Positions 50,201-59,202 of a stretch of DNA of 64,000 nucleotides are shown here, piece after piece (within the stretch, counting starts at the first letter, position 1; each line of letters opens with the position of its first letter). The translations under genes were made by a program, and so were the position numbers. Under the pieces are notes generated by a model, which saw only the letters and a list, made by a program, of their open reading frames with translations, did no database searches and was not told the origin of the DNA. The stretch is taken from contig CAWHAE010000012.1 in the NCBI GenBank assembly GCA_963827235.1, positions 608,001 to 672,000 on the forward strand, in the 5' to 3' direction. Source of the DNA: an uncultured bacterium. Lineage in GTDB: Bacteria > Chloroflexota > UBA5177 > JANWHV01.

Positions 50201-52861
50201 GAGGGCCGCACCACCTTCTGCAACCAGCGGCTATGCGAGATGCTGGGGTACGGCGCTCGTGAGATACTCGGCCGCCATCCGTGGGCCTTCGTGCCGGAAG
50301 ACGGCGTGTCCGCTGCGCTTGAGCGTCAGCGGAAACGAGAATGCGGCGTCTACGAGACTGCAGAGATTCTCTTCCGGCGCAAGGACGGCAGCACGTTCTG
50401 GACACGGGCCCAGTCCTTTCCGCTGTTTGACGAACAGGGGCGTACCGTGGGCTCCATCGGCATGCTGGTGGATATCACGGAGCGGCGAGCAGCAGATCAG
50501 GCGCGGGCTCGGCTGGCAGCCATCGTGCAGTCCTTCCCGGACGCCATCATCGGCACGTCGGCGACTAGCCTGATCGAGAGCTGGAATGAGGGAGCGGAGC
50601 GCCTGTACGGCTACACGGCCGAGGAAGTAATTGGGCGTCACGCAGCGATGCTGGCACCGCCTGAGCTTCAGGGCGAAGTCGACGGCATTGCCCGGCAGAT
50701 CGCTGAGGGCCGGCCGGTGGTGCAGCTGGAGACGGTGAGGCGTCACAAGAATGGGCAGCGCCTCGATGTGCTGCTGAGCGTCTCGCCCATACGGGATACA
50801 ACGGGGGCCGTGATAGGGAACGCCGGCATCACGTATGACCTGCGGGAGCGAAAGCTGGCGGAAGCGGCGGTGCGGGAGAGCGAGCATCGCTATCGGCTGC
50901 TGTTCGAGAATGCGCTGGCCGGCCTGGAGCTGTACCAGGTGGTCTTCGACCCGCAGGGCGTGCCTGTGGACTTTCGCTTCCTGGAGGTGAACCCTGGCTT
51001 CGAACGGATGACCGGGCTGCCGGCCGCGGCCGTGCTGGGCCGGACGGTGCTCGAGGTCGACCTCCACGCGGATGCCTCCTGGCTGGAGTCATGCGGTAGG
51101 GTCGCCCTGACCGGAGAGCCCGAGATCTTCCAGAGCCACGACCGTGGCCTGGACCGGCACTTCGACGTGTTTGCCTATCGTCCGGCTGCCGGGCGGCTGG
51201 CCGTGGTGTTCACCGACAACACGGAGCGCATTCGCGCCGAGATGGCCCTACGCGAGAGCGAGCAGGAATTCCGTGTGCTGGCGGAGAACTCCAGCGACAT
51301 GATCGTGCGCCTGCGTGCCAACATGCTCGTGCTGTACGTATCGCCGGCTGCTCGACAGGTCATCGGGTTCGATCCGCGCGATCTCGTGGGGCGCCGTGGT
51401 CTGGACTTCGTCCATCCCGACGACGTCGATACGCTGCGGACCGTGCTCGCCGAAGTGCTGCGCGGATCGTTAGTGGAAGCGGTGTCATATCGCCATCTGC
51501 GGCCTGATGGAAGCTACGTCTGGCTGGAATCTACCGGGCGCGCCGTTCGTGACGCTGCGACAGGAGAGGTGACGGAGCTGCAGGTGGCCTCGCGGGACAT
51601 CACCGAGCGCAAACGCACGGAGAAGGCTCTGCGCGAAGTGGCACGCGAGCGCTCGGAAGAGGCGGCGATCGCGGAGGCATTGGTCGAGGCAAGCGCTGCG
51701 CTGGCGAGCGTCATGGAGCCGGAGCCGTTGTACGCGCGCATTCTGGAGCAGATGGCGCGGGTCGTGCCCTGCTCGGGTGCTTGCATCTTCGCTTACCGGC
51801 CTGACCGCGCGGTGGTGGTTGGGGTGTACGGCGAGCCAGAGGTGCCGATCGGCTTTGAACTCGTCGGCGTAGTGGGCGGACTGGGACCGTTTCCGCTGGC
51901 CGATGATGAGCCGCGAGTGCTGGCCGACACGCGGGACTGGCCGAGGTGGCAAGTGGTGCAGCCGTGGGTGGGCGAGCACGAGGTGCGGAGCAGCATGATC
52001 CTGCCTCTGGCGGTGCATGGGGACACGTACGGCTGCCTGGCGATCGGGAGCTCACGGCCCCAGGTCTACGGGGCGCGGCACCTGCGGGTAGCGCAGTCGT
52101 TCGCGGAGCGCATCGTGCAGGCGTTGTGGAACGCGCGGCTGTTCCAGCTAGAGCAGGAGCGGGCTCGGGCGGCGGAGAATCTTGCATCACTGCGGCACGA
52201 GTTTGTGGCGACGGTGAGTCACGAGCTGCGCACGCCGTTGACGGCCGTGCTGGGCTACGCCGAGGTGCTGTCAGGGCACTGGGATCGTCTGAGCGAGGCG
52301 CAGCGGAAGGCCAATCTGCAGCGTATTGTGACGGCGGCGAACCGCCAGAAGCGGCTCGTCGACGACCTGCTGCAGGTGAGCACGCTGGACGGAGACGAGA
52401 TGCCCATGCGACGCGGCAAGGTCTCGCTGGCTGAGATCGTGGCTCTGGCGACGGACGAGGTGAAGGCGAGTTATGCCAACCAGTCGATTGAGGTCGCCGG
52501 GCCGCCGGACCTGGTGGTGGTGGCCGACCCGCTGCGGACGGAGCAGGTGTTGGTGAACCTGATGGATAACGCGGCAAAGTACTCGCCGGAAGGCAGCTGC
52601 ATCGAAGTGAATTGGATGCGGGAGGTGGGAGCGGCGGTAGTGCGGGTGCGAGACCACGGGCCGGGCATCCCACCGGAGGGCCGGGAAGTACTGTTCACGC
52701 GCTTTGGGCGAGTGCCCGGGAGCCGGATGCGGGCCGGGCGCGTAGGTACTGGTCTGGGCCTTTTTCTCGGCCGCGCCTATACGCAGGCGATGGGAGGCAC
52801 TCTGGAGCTGGAAGCGACGGGGCCTGACGGCAGCGTCTTCCGCTTGTGCCTTCCCATCTGA
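47291..52861 (+). CDS. Very large cytoplasmic histidine kinase: HTH_17 - GAF - PAS - GAF - 7xPAS - GAF - HisKA - HATPase_c
   Basis: N-terminal YLTTGQAARVLGVS..T.......G.L..YRMPGG.YRF; eight PAS/PAC repeats ending D(I)TER; TVSHELRTPLT; NLMDNAAKYS; GTGLGL. Confidence 0.9.
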   Translation: MAGEYLTTGQAARVLGVSKGTILNAVEAGELRATYRMPGGAYRFQAPDVERYAQWRVVRHQVEEQTRAAVRTRAQQAAAVAGASMESLVEQPATATTEGDASTEVGDTLALLADSLQVGATLVARNEGGSWPVVYAYDRAGMGVRAGAPLPWSEVFAVALGGGPMASLIVEDVRTDARLTSRGDLPHWGVGTVTAVPLHRAGGQMYGALCTLHPSPRAVPGGELSMLRLAGRMVVQAVEASALRERERRAALRASQLAAIVEQSDDAIFRMSSSGVIETWNAGAARLFGYTADEAIGQGIAMLAPADRADEQPSMLRQLMRGQDVADLETVRLRKDGSAVRVSLTISGMRDAAGGLIGGSAIARDISDRARAHQATEELARLHREQAEEAEAVAAVGAALSGSLELHEVYAQILDQAHRLLPYDVAGVVQYEGEWAVIAASAGSLPARAGTRYYRRPESHHLWRVGTGATTYVPDTVQEPGWQGIEPAVAALGLRSVVHVPLVLGGGPAGSLAVASLRPNAYTERQIRMAVRLGEYASRALGSAQLYASEQARARAAEELVRQRDASADALRTLSMAIEQNPASVIITDPAERIEYVNPKFCHLTGYGAAEVVGRNARDVWSDLNMQDAYSSLLQAATAGDSWTGMLRVEGVDGDTRWERVSLSPIRDAGGTVSHFVVVAENVTDRQQAEVALQQSEALFRSLYEHTPVGVALVGLDGRCLMVNASLQRILGYEEAELQGKHFTEYAHADDAAADEQLFAEVVAGTRDAYALEKRYIRKDGQTVWGQLGVSVARDQGGVPRRVVLTLLDLSERHAAEQRLRQSEEHYRQIVETAMEGIFQSDAEDRMVFGNQRAADIIGYSPEELLGMPAATLSDAEDQKAYAARAAARQAGTLRATQFERTVRRKDGTLRWVQVSLVPQFDAQGRYAGMFGMVTDIHQRKQAEQALRRSEERYRRIIETAQEGVWQLDFEGRTTFCNQRLCEMLGYGAREILGRHPWAFVPEDGVSAALERQRKRECGVYETAEILFRRKDGSTFWTRAQSFPLFDEQGRTVGSIGMLVDITERRAADQARARLAAIVQSFPDAIIGTSATSLIESWNEGAERLYGYTAEEVIGRHAAMLAPPELQGEVDGIARQIAEGRPVVQLETVRRHKNGQRLDVLLSVSPIRDTTGAVIGNAGITYDLRERKLAEAAVRESEHRYRLLFENALAGLELYQVVFDPQGVPVDFRFLEVNPGFERMTGLPAAAVLGRTVLEVDLHADASWLESCGRVALTGEPEIFQSHDRGLDRHFDVFAYRPAAGRLAVVFTDNTERIRAEMALRESEQEFRVLAENSSDMIVRLRANMLVLYVSPAARQVIGFDPRDLVGRRGLDFVHPDDVDTLRTVLAEVLRGSLVEAVSYRHLRPDGSYVWLESTGRAVRDAATGEVTELQVASRDITERKRTEKALREVARERSEEAAIAEALVEASAALASVMEPEPLYARILEQMARVVPCSGACIFAYRPDRAVVVGVYGEPEVPIGFELVGVVGGLGPFPLADDEPRVLADTRDWPRWQVVQPWVGEHEVRSSMILPLAVHGDTYGCLAIGSSRPQVYGARHLRVAQSFAERIVQALWNARLFQLEQERARAAENLASLRHEFVATVSHELRTPLTAVLGYAEVLSGHWDRLSEAQRKANLQRIVTAANRQKRLVDDLLQVSTLDGDEMPMRRGKVSLAEIVALATDEVKASYANQSIEVAGPPDLVVVADPLRTEQVLVNLMDNAAKYSPEGSCIEVNWMREVGAAVVRVRDHGPGIPPEGREVLFTRFGRVPGSRMRAGRVGTGLGLFLGRAYTQAMGGTLELEATGPDGSVFRLCLPI

Positions 52862-53012
52862 ACGGTGCCGCCGGCGCGGGATCCTCGAGCTGTGCGAGCG
52901 CGCGAAATGGGCGATGGTGGCGGGGTCCGGCAGCGTGGTACACTTCCCATGCGAGGTGGTGGGCCGCGCAGTAGTGTCAACTCCAATAGCTTCCTCGGGC
53001 ACGCAAGGATAC

Positions 53013-53558
53013 ATGTTCACCCAGCGTTGTATGAGCGCGGTTCAGGCCGTCGCGCGGCTGGCCTCGTCGCGATGTGAAGCCGCGATTGCCAGGTACCGCC
53101 AGCCGGTGGTAAGTCGTCTCGAAGAGAGCATTTGTCAGGATTTCACGGGATTGGGCGCCACGCTCGCCTGTGCTCGCGCCAGTCACTGCCACATCCCATG
53201 TCCGGAGCGCGAGCGCCATCGCCATCTGGCCTACTGTCGCGAGGTCCTCTTACCCATATGGGAGCGCTGGACGCACGCCGACCCGGTGATGCGCCGGGCG
53301 CTGGAGTGTCACGGGGTCGACCCTCAGGTCCACGAGAGGCGGTGCGACGATCTGTTCCGGGCCCAGCGGCGAATGAGCGAGCGCTCCAGCGTGCCCGCTT
53401 ACCGGGCCGCTGCACTGGCCGCGCAGGCCTGCCAATACGCCCTGCTCGGCTATCCGCGCGCGATTATCGCGCAGGTCGCCGAAGAGGCGCTCGAAGCGAA
53501 CGCCGCCGCGCGTGCGTCGATCGTGGTCGTGCGCATGCGCCGCCTGGTCACCGACTAG
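53013..53558 (+). CDS. Hypothetical Cys/His-rich helical protein
   Basis: AAGGA RBS, 181-aa ORF; VLLPIWERW...DP.MRRALE is weakly reminiscent of Imm5-like proteins. Confidence 0.55.
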   Translation: MFTQRCMSAVQAVARLASSRCEAAIARYRQPVVSRLEESICQDFTGLGATLACARASHCHIPCPERERHRHLAYCREVLLPIWERWTHADPVMRRALECHGVDPQVHERRCDDLFRAQRRMSERSSVPAYRAAALAAQACQYALLGYPRAIIAQVAEEALEANAAARASIVVVRMRRLVTD

Positions 53559-53679
53559 CCGCGATTGCCGGCCCGGGGAGAGTTGGGCGAAGCGGGGCTA
53601 TTCCTATACCATAGCGGATGAACAAATCCTCGCGCCGGATGCCGGCGCCTTTGCACGCCTTGAATGGGAGCACGCCTGA

Positions 53680-56600
53680 ATGCCGCAAAGTCCCTCCATG
53701 CCCACAACCGTACTGCTGCTCGGTAGCGGAGCGCTGAAGATCGGCGAGGCCGGAGAGTTCGACTATTCAGGATCGCAGGCGGTCAAGGCCCTGAAGGAAG
53801 AGGGCATTCGCGTCGTTCTCGTCAATCCCAACATTGCCACCGTCCAAACGAGCGAGGACTTCGCCGACCGCGTATACTTCGTGCCCGTGGACCCGCACTT
53901 CGTCGAGCGGGTGATCGAGCGCGAGCGGCCCGACGCCATCATGTTGTCCTCGGGTGGGCAAACCGCGCTCAACTGCGGCCTGGCACTGGCTGAGCGCGGC
54001 GTGCTCGATCGATACGGCGTTCGTGTGCTCGGTACGCCTATCCAGACTATCCACGATACGGAAGATCGCGAGCGCTTCGTGCAGCGGTTGGACGAGATCG
54101 GCGTACACACGCCGCGCAGCCGTGTGGCGCAAAGCGTGGACGAGGCGCTGGAGGTGGCCGCTTCCATTGGCTATCCGGTAATTCTGCGCGCCGGGTTCGC
54201 CCTGGGCGGCGAGGGCTCCGGCCGGGCCGCTGGTCCCGAGGAGCTGGCGAACCTGGCTGCCATCGCCTTTGCCCGGCTGCCGGGTGGCGAGCCGCAGGCC
54301 GATAGTGCCGCGGATTCCGGGGCGGCAGCAGGCGCTCGTATGATCCGGCGGCAGGTGCTGATCGAGGAGTACCTTGCCGGCTGGAAGGAGCTGGAATACG
54401 AGGTCGTGCGCGACAGCGCGGACAACTGTATCGTCGTGTGCAACATGGAAAACGTCGACCCCATGGGCATCCACACCGGCGAGAGCATCGTCGTGGCGCC
54501 TTCCCAGACACTCTCCAACGAGGAATACCACGTGCTGCGCAGCGTGGCCATTCGCACCATCCGCCATCTTGGTGTGGTAGGCGAGTGCAATATCCAGTTC
54601 GCGCTGGATCCCCACCCCGCCCGCGAGCCCGGCGCCGGCGCACCGCGAGTCAACTACCGGGTGATCGAGGTGAACGCGCGCCTATCGCGCAGCTCGGCCC
54701 TTGCCAGCAAGGCCACCGGGTATCCCCTTGCCTGGATTGCCGCCAAGCTGGCGCTTGGCCACGCCTTGCCCGATCTGCCCAACCACGTGACGCGCACTAC
54801 GAGTGCCTGCTTCGAGCCGGCTCTGGATTACGTGGTGGTGAAGTTCCCGCGCTGGGATCTGGACAAGTTCCGGCGCGTTGATCAGACGCTGGGCAGCGCC
54901 ATGAAGAGCGTTGGAGAGGTCATGGCGATCGGGCGAACCTTCGAGGAGGCACTGCAGAAGGCCAGCCGCATGCTCGGCTTCGGGTTCGAGGGTCTTCGCA
55001 CGCCACTCGGCGACAGCGAGATGGATGCGGACGATAGCGCCCACCTCGATCCGGGATCGCCGCGCTTCCTGCAGGCCACGCCCGACCGGCTGTTCCAGCT
55101 CGCCCAGGCGCTCTGGGACGGCGTCCCACAGGCGCGCATCCACGAAGCCACGCGTATCGATCCGTGGTTTATCGATCGCATTGCCAACCTCGTGCGCCTG
55201 GAGCGCGAGCTGGTCGAAAGCCCGCGCGGCCCGGGAGACGAGCTGTGTGCGGATCTGCTTCGGGAAGCGAAGGTCACCGGCTTCTCCGACAAGCGGATCG
55301 CGCAGCTCACGGACCTTGACGAACAAGAGGTTCGCCTGCGCCGGCAGAGTCTGGGCATCCTGCCCGTTGTGAAACAGATCGACACGCTGGCCGCCGAGTA
55401 CCCGGCCGCGACCAACTATCTCTATACGACGTACCAGGGCATGGGCTCGCCGGACACGAGCGCGCTCACTCGCAAGGAGGGTGACCTTCGCAAGTCCATT
55501 GTCATCCTGGGTTCGGGTCCCTACCGCATCGGGTCCAGCGTGGAGTTCGACTGGTGTACCGTGAGCGCCGCGCGCACGCTGCGAGAGGCGGGCTGGCGCA
55601 CGATCATGGTCAATCACAACCCCGAGACCGTGTCCACGGATTACGACGAGTGCGACGCCCTATACTTCGAGGAGCTGTCGTTCGAGCGGGTGCTGGACAT
55701 CTTCGACGCGGAGCATCCGGAGCTCGTGGTGCTGTCTGTCGGCGGCCAGATCCCGAACAACCTGGCGCTTCGTCTGCATGCCGCGGGCATCAAGGTGCTG
55801 GGGACCAGCCCCCTCGACATCGACCGGGCCGAGGACCGCAACAAATTCTCCGCCCTGCTAGATGCTTTGGACGTCGATCAGCCGCCCTGGGCCGAGCTTT
55901 CGACTCCCGAGGAGGCCGAGCGGTTTGCTGATGACGTCGGCTATCCGGTGCTCGTTCGTCCGTCGTACGTGCTGTCCGGCAGCGCCATGAACGTGGCCTA
56001 CGAAGCGGGGCACTTGCATCGTTTCCTGCACCAGGCCAGCGTCTCCACAGAGCATCCGGTCGTGATCAGCAAGTTCATCGAGAACGCGCGCGAGATCGAG
56101 ATCGACGCCGTGGCCGGCAATGGACGCCTCGTGATCTATGCCCTGTCCGAGCACGTGGAGAACGCCGGTGTGCATTCGGGCGATGCGACGGTGATGGTGC
56201 CGCCGCAGCGCCTTTATCTGGAGACTGTACGCCAGGTGAAGACGGTTACCAAAAAGATCGCTGCCGAGCTCAAGATCACCGGTCCGTTCAACATACAGTT
56301 CCTGGCCCGCGACAACCAGGTGCAGGTGATCGAGTGCAACCTGCGCGCCAGCCGCAGTTTTCCGCTGGTCTCGAAGGTAACGGGACAGAACTTTATCAGC
56401 TTGGCCATGCGTACCATGCTCGGCGAGGACATCCTGGCTGGGCGCGGTGGCGCGCCGTTCCAGACCGTGGATCTGGACCACGTGGCGGTCAAGGCCCCGC
56501 AGTTCTCGTTCGCGCGCCTGAAGGGCGCCGACCCCGTCGTGCGCGTCGAGATGGCGTCGACCGGCGAAGTCGGCACGTTCGGTCGGGACCTGCACGAGGC

Positions 56601-57207
56601 GTACCTCAAGTCGGTGCTCGCCGTGGGCATGAAGCTGCCCCGGCGCCGTGCTTCCCCCGCTGGTGAGCCGGTGCTGGACGGCCGCTACGCCGGGGCGCGG
56701 GTGTTCATCAGCCTCGGCGGCGAGAAGAACAAATGGGACTTTCTGGCCTCCGTGCGAACGCTCAGCAGTCTCGGCGTCCAGATCTTCGCCACCCGCCTGA
56801 CCAGCGCCTTCCTGACTTCGAACAACGTGCCCAACGTCCGCATCTACAAGATTCACGAGGTCGAGGCTCCGGCGTCGCCTCTACAGGGCGGGCGGGTCTC
56901 CGCGGCCCTGGCCGCGATCGGCCATCTGCAGGTAAAGCCCGCGGTCGGCCTGAAGCCTGCCGGGCTCTCGTCCCAGCGTCCAAGCATACTCAACCTGATC
57001 CAGCAAAACGAGATCGACCTGCTGGTGAACATCACCGACGAGTATGCGACCAAGCAGTTCAACGACGACTACGCCATACGCCGGGCAGCCGTAGACTACA
57101 ACATTCCCCTCTTCACCAATTTGCAGGCGGCGAGGTTGTTCGTGCAGGCCCTCGCCCGCTACGGCCTCGACGATCTCCCCGTGCTGCCCTGGGACGAATA
57201 CGTGTAG
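53680..57207 (+). CDS. carB: Carbamoyl-phosphate synthase large subunit (CAD/CPS-like clade signature)
   Basis: GSG.LKIGEAGEFDYSGSQA, NMENVDPMGIHTGES, IEVNARLSRSSALASKATGYP, GSSVEFDWC, EHVENAGVHSGD, C-terminal MGS domain. Confidence 0.95.
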   Translation: MPQSPSMPTTVLLLGSGALKIGEAGEFDYSGSQAVKALKEEGIRVVLVNPNIATVQTSEDFADRVYFVPVDPHFVERVIERERPDAIMLSSGGQTALNCGLALAERGVLDRYGVRVLGTPIQTIHDTEDRERFVQRLDEIGVHTPRSRVAQSVDEALEVAASIGYPVILRAGFALGGEGSGRAAGPEELANLAAIAFARLPGGEPQADSAADSGAAAGARMIRRQVLIEEYLAGWKELEYEVVRDSADNCIVVCNMENVDPMGIHTGESIVVAPSQTLSNEEYHVLRSVAIRTIRHLGVVGECNIQFALDPHPAREPGAGAPRVNYRVIEVNARLSRSSALASKATGYPLAWIAAKLALGHALPDLPNHVTRTTSACFEPALDYVVVKFPRWDLDKFRRVDQTLGSAMKSVGEVMAIGRTFEEALQKASRMLGFGFEGLRTPLGDSEMDADDSAHLDPGSPRFLQATPDRLFQLAQALWDGVPQARIHEATRIDPWFIDRIANLVRLERELVESPRGPGDELCADLLREAKVTGFSDKRIAQLTDLDEQEVRLRRQSLGILPVVKQIDTLAAEYPAATNYLYTTYQGMGSPDTSALTRKEGDLRKSIVILGSGPYRIGSSVEFDWCTVSAARTLREAGWRTIMVNHNPETVSTDYDECDALYFEELSFERVLDIFDAEHPELVVLSVGGQIPNNLALRLHAAGIKVLGTSPLDIDRAEDRNKFSALLDALDVDQPPWAELSTPEEAERFADDVGYPVLVRPSYVLSGSAMNVAYEAGHLHRFLHQASVSTEHPVVISKFIENAREIEIDAVAGNGRLVIYALSEHVENAGVHSGDATVMVPPQRLYLETVRQVKTVTKKIAAELKITGPFNIQFLARDNQVQVIECNLRASRSFPLVSKVTGQNFISLAMRTMLGEDILAGRGGAPFQTVDLDHVAVKAPQFSFARLKGADPVVRVEMASTGEVGTFGRDLHEAYLKSVLAVGMKLPRRRASPAGEPVLDGRYAGARVFISLGGEKNKWDFLASVRTLSSLGVQIFATRLTSAFLTSNNVPNVRIYKIHEVEAPASPLQGGRVSAALAAIGHLQVKPAVGLKPAGLSSQRPSILNLIQQNEIDLLVNITDEYATKQFNDDYAIRRAAVDYNIPLFTNLQAARLFVQALARYGLDDLPVLPWDEYV

Positions 57208-57252
57208 GGAGCCCGCCAGAGGTCTGGACCAGGCAGGCGAGCAGTTGGAGCA

Positions 57253-57750
57253 ATGAGCGTGTCCGCGAAAGGGAAACCGTCAAGTCAGGCGCCGCAGGGC
57301 GAGGTATGGCTGATCGATGCCGACGGCACCGACCTGGGCTTCGTCGACGGCGCGTCGGCGCTGTCCAGAGCAAGAGAGCGCGGCCTCGATCTCATCCGCC
57401 TCGATCAGATGTCCAGCCCTCCCCGCTATGGCCTGATGGACGCCGCGGCGGCCCAAGCCGGCGCGGTGCGCGCCGAGCGTATCGCGCGCAGCGAGATCAA
57501 GGAGATCCGCCTCCGCGTGGCCACGGGCGCGGCGGATCTCGAGACGCGCCGGAGGAACGCCGAGGCCCTGCTGGCGGCAGGGTACCGCGTGAAGCTGCGT
57601 GTGGAGCTGGACCCGGCACGCAAGAGCGATCCGGCGACTGCGCGGGCCATCCTGGATGCCCTGGTCAAGGCGCTGAAGCATGCAGGGCGCCCCTCCTCCA
57701 GGCCACAGTCCGAGAAGGGCGCTGTCGCCGTCACGCTCGATCCGGCGTAG
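57253..57750 (+). CDS. Divergent translation initiation factor IF-3-like protein
   Basis: EVWLIDADG..LG......AL..ARE.GLDL.......PP....MD (IF3-N) and EIKEIRLR.....D.ET......L..G.RVK......P..E (IF3-C). Confidence 0.8.
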   Translation: MSVSAKGKPSSQAPQGEVWLIDADGTDLGFVDGASALSRARERGLDLIRLDQMSSPPRYGLMDAAAAQAGAVRAERIARSEIKEIRLRVATGAADLETRRRNAEALLAAGYRVKLRVELDPARKSDPATARAILDALVKALKHAGRPSSRPQSEKGAVAVTLDPA

Positions 57751-57792
57751 TGGCTCGTCAATAGCTACAGATAACGCCTCCCGTGACCGCTG

Positions 57793-58819
57793 CTACTCAT
57801 CTGGCTGCTCGGCGACACCGATCCTGCTGCCACAGTTGAAGCAGTAGTGGAAATACAGCGGGCTGCGCGCGCCACATGTGGGGCAGGTTAGCGCCTCGTG
57901 GTCGGCGGCGATCAAGCTTGCTGCCTCACTTGGGATGGGCGGCGGTTCCGGCAATGTTTTCTCGAGCTTCTCGTGTGTGGTCTCGTGCAGGACATTCAAC
58001 GTCGAGGCCCTGACTTTGTCGAGCTGTAGACCGAGTGACTCCAGCACGGCGGCTGCGATCCCGCCCCCCTCGCGCAGCAGTCCCAAGAGCAGGTGCTCGG
58101 TGCCGACGTAGTGGTGGCCCAGCCGGCGGGCTTCGTCTATCGCCAGCTCGATGGCCTTCCTGGCGCGAGGTGTGAGACCAACCTCGCCGGCCACGTCCAT
58201 GTCGCCTCGTCCCACGATGAACTCGACGCCGCTACGTACTCGCTCCATTTCCACGCCGAGTTCACTCAGCACCTGTGCGGCAACGCCGCCTCCTTCGCCA
58301 ATCAGGCCCAGGAGCAGGTGCTCGGTGCCGATGTAACTGTGGTTGAGGCGCACGGCCTCGCCTTGCGCCAGCTCCAGGACGTGCCGCGCGCGCGTGGTAA
58401 ACCTGTCAAACTTCTGCGCCACAGTAGCCTGCGGCTTCGGCGACTCCTTCCCACGTGCCGAGCGCCGCAGTAGTAGGTCGCCAAGCAACCCGCGGTGGCT
58501 GGTAGCCGGCGACTCGCCAGCGGATTCACTCCCGGCGCGTTGGGTACGATGGCCGGCGCTCATGGCGTGGACGTAGCCGCGCAACTCCTCTTCGGCGACG
58601 CGCCATTCACGTCCGATTCTGGAAGCCCACGATGGTTCGCTCGCGGAGATACTTGGCGACCGTGGTCCGGTCCAGACTCAGGATGTACGCCACCTCGTCA
58701 AGTGTCAGCGCGCTGCCGAGCATCTCCTCTCGCAGCGCCTTGGCGCGCGGGCTCGGCGCCTCGGTCACAGCCTGGCCGCTCGTGCTCTCAGAGGATTGAT
58801 CGATAGTCTCATCGCTCAT
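57793..58819 (-). CDS. HTH_17 (excisionase-like) - Clp N-terminal repeats - zinc-ribbon protein; +1 frameshift at about 58617
   Basis: LTLDEVAYILSLDRTTVAKYLRE..I.GFQ joins IGREWRV.EEEL if one A is removed; FDRFT.RAR..L.LA..EA..L.H.YIGTEHLLLGL (twice); CPTC-x10-CFNC. Confidence 0.8.
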
Positions 58820-59002
58820 TTCTCTTCACCCATTGTTCGCTAGTCTTGGCGACTATAGAGAGATTGAGACTCATGCTATGCTCTTTTAACTGATAATACA
58901 ATACGTTCGTCGTCCAAATCTCTTATAGCTGTGGCTCGTGCAGTCCCCAGGCGGCGTGCCGGCAGGCTCCTGCTCGTTCGTGCCCCTTCCTTGCCAGGCC
59001 GG

Positions 59003-59031
59003 TTGTTGCCAGAGTGGGTGGCCTGTATACT
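59003..59031 (+). promoter_or_regulatory. Candidate promoter for the erm leader
   Basis: TTGTTG-17-TATACT. Confidence 0.45.
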
Positions 59032-59062
59032 TCGTCGCGTTGATACTGCATGGAGGTCTTCA

Positions 59063-59092
59063 GTGAGTAACATTCGACGTCGCATCGCCTGA
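59063..59092 (+). CDS. Putative erm leader peptide MSNIRRRIA
   Basis: GGAGGT at 59052-59057, 5 nt before GTG; contains the R-X-R macrolide-arrest motif. Confidence 0.7.
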   Translation: MSNIRRRIA

Positions 59093-59202
59093 GCGGAGCC
59101 CACACGGGTACCCCCGGCTTCTGCGCGATGTGACTGACGCTCCCAGCGCCATGTGCTCGTGCTACCAGCATAGCCAACCCTTCTCCAGAGGCTCCGCATT
59201 GG

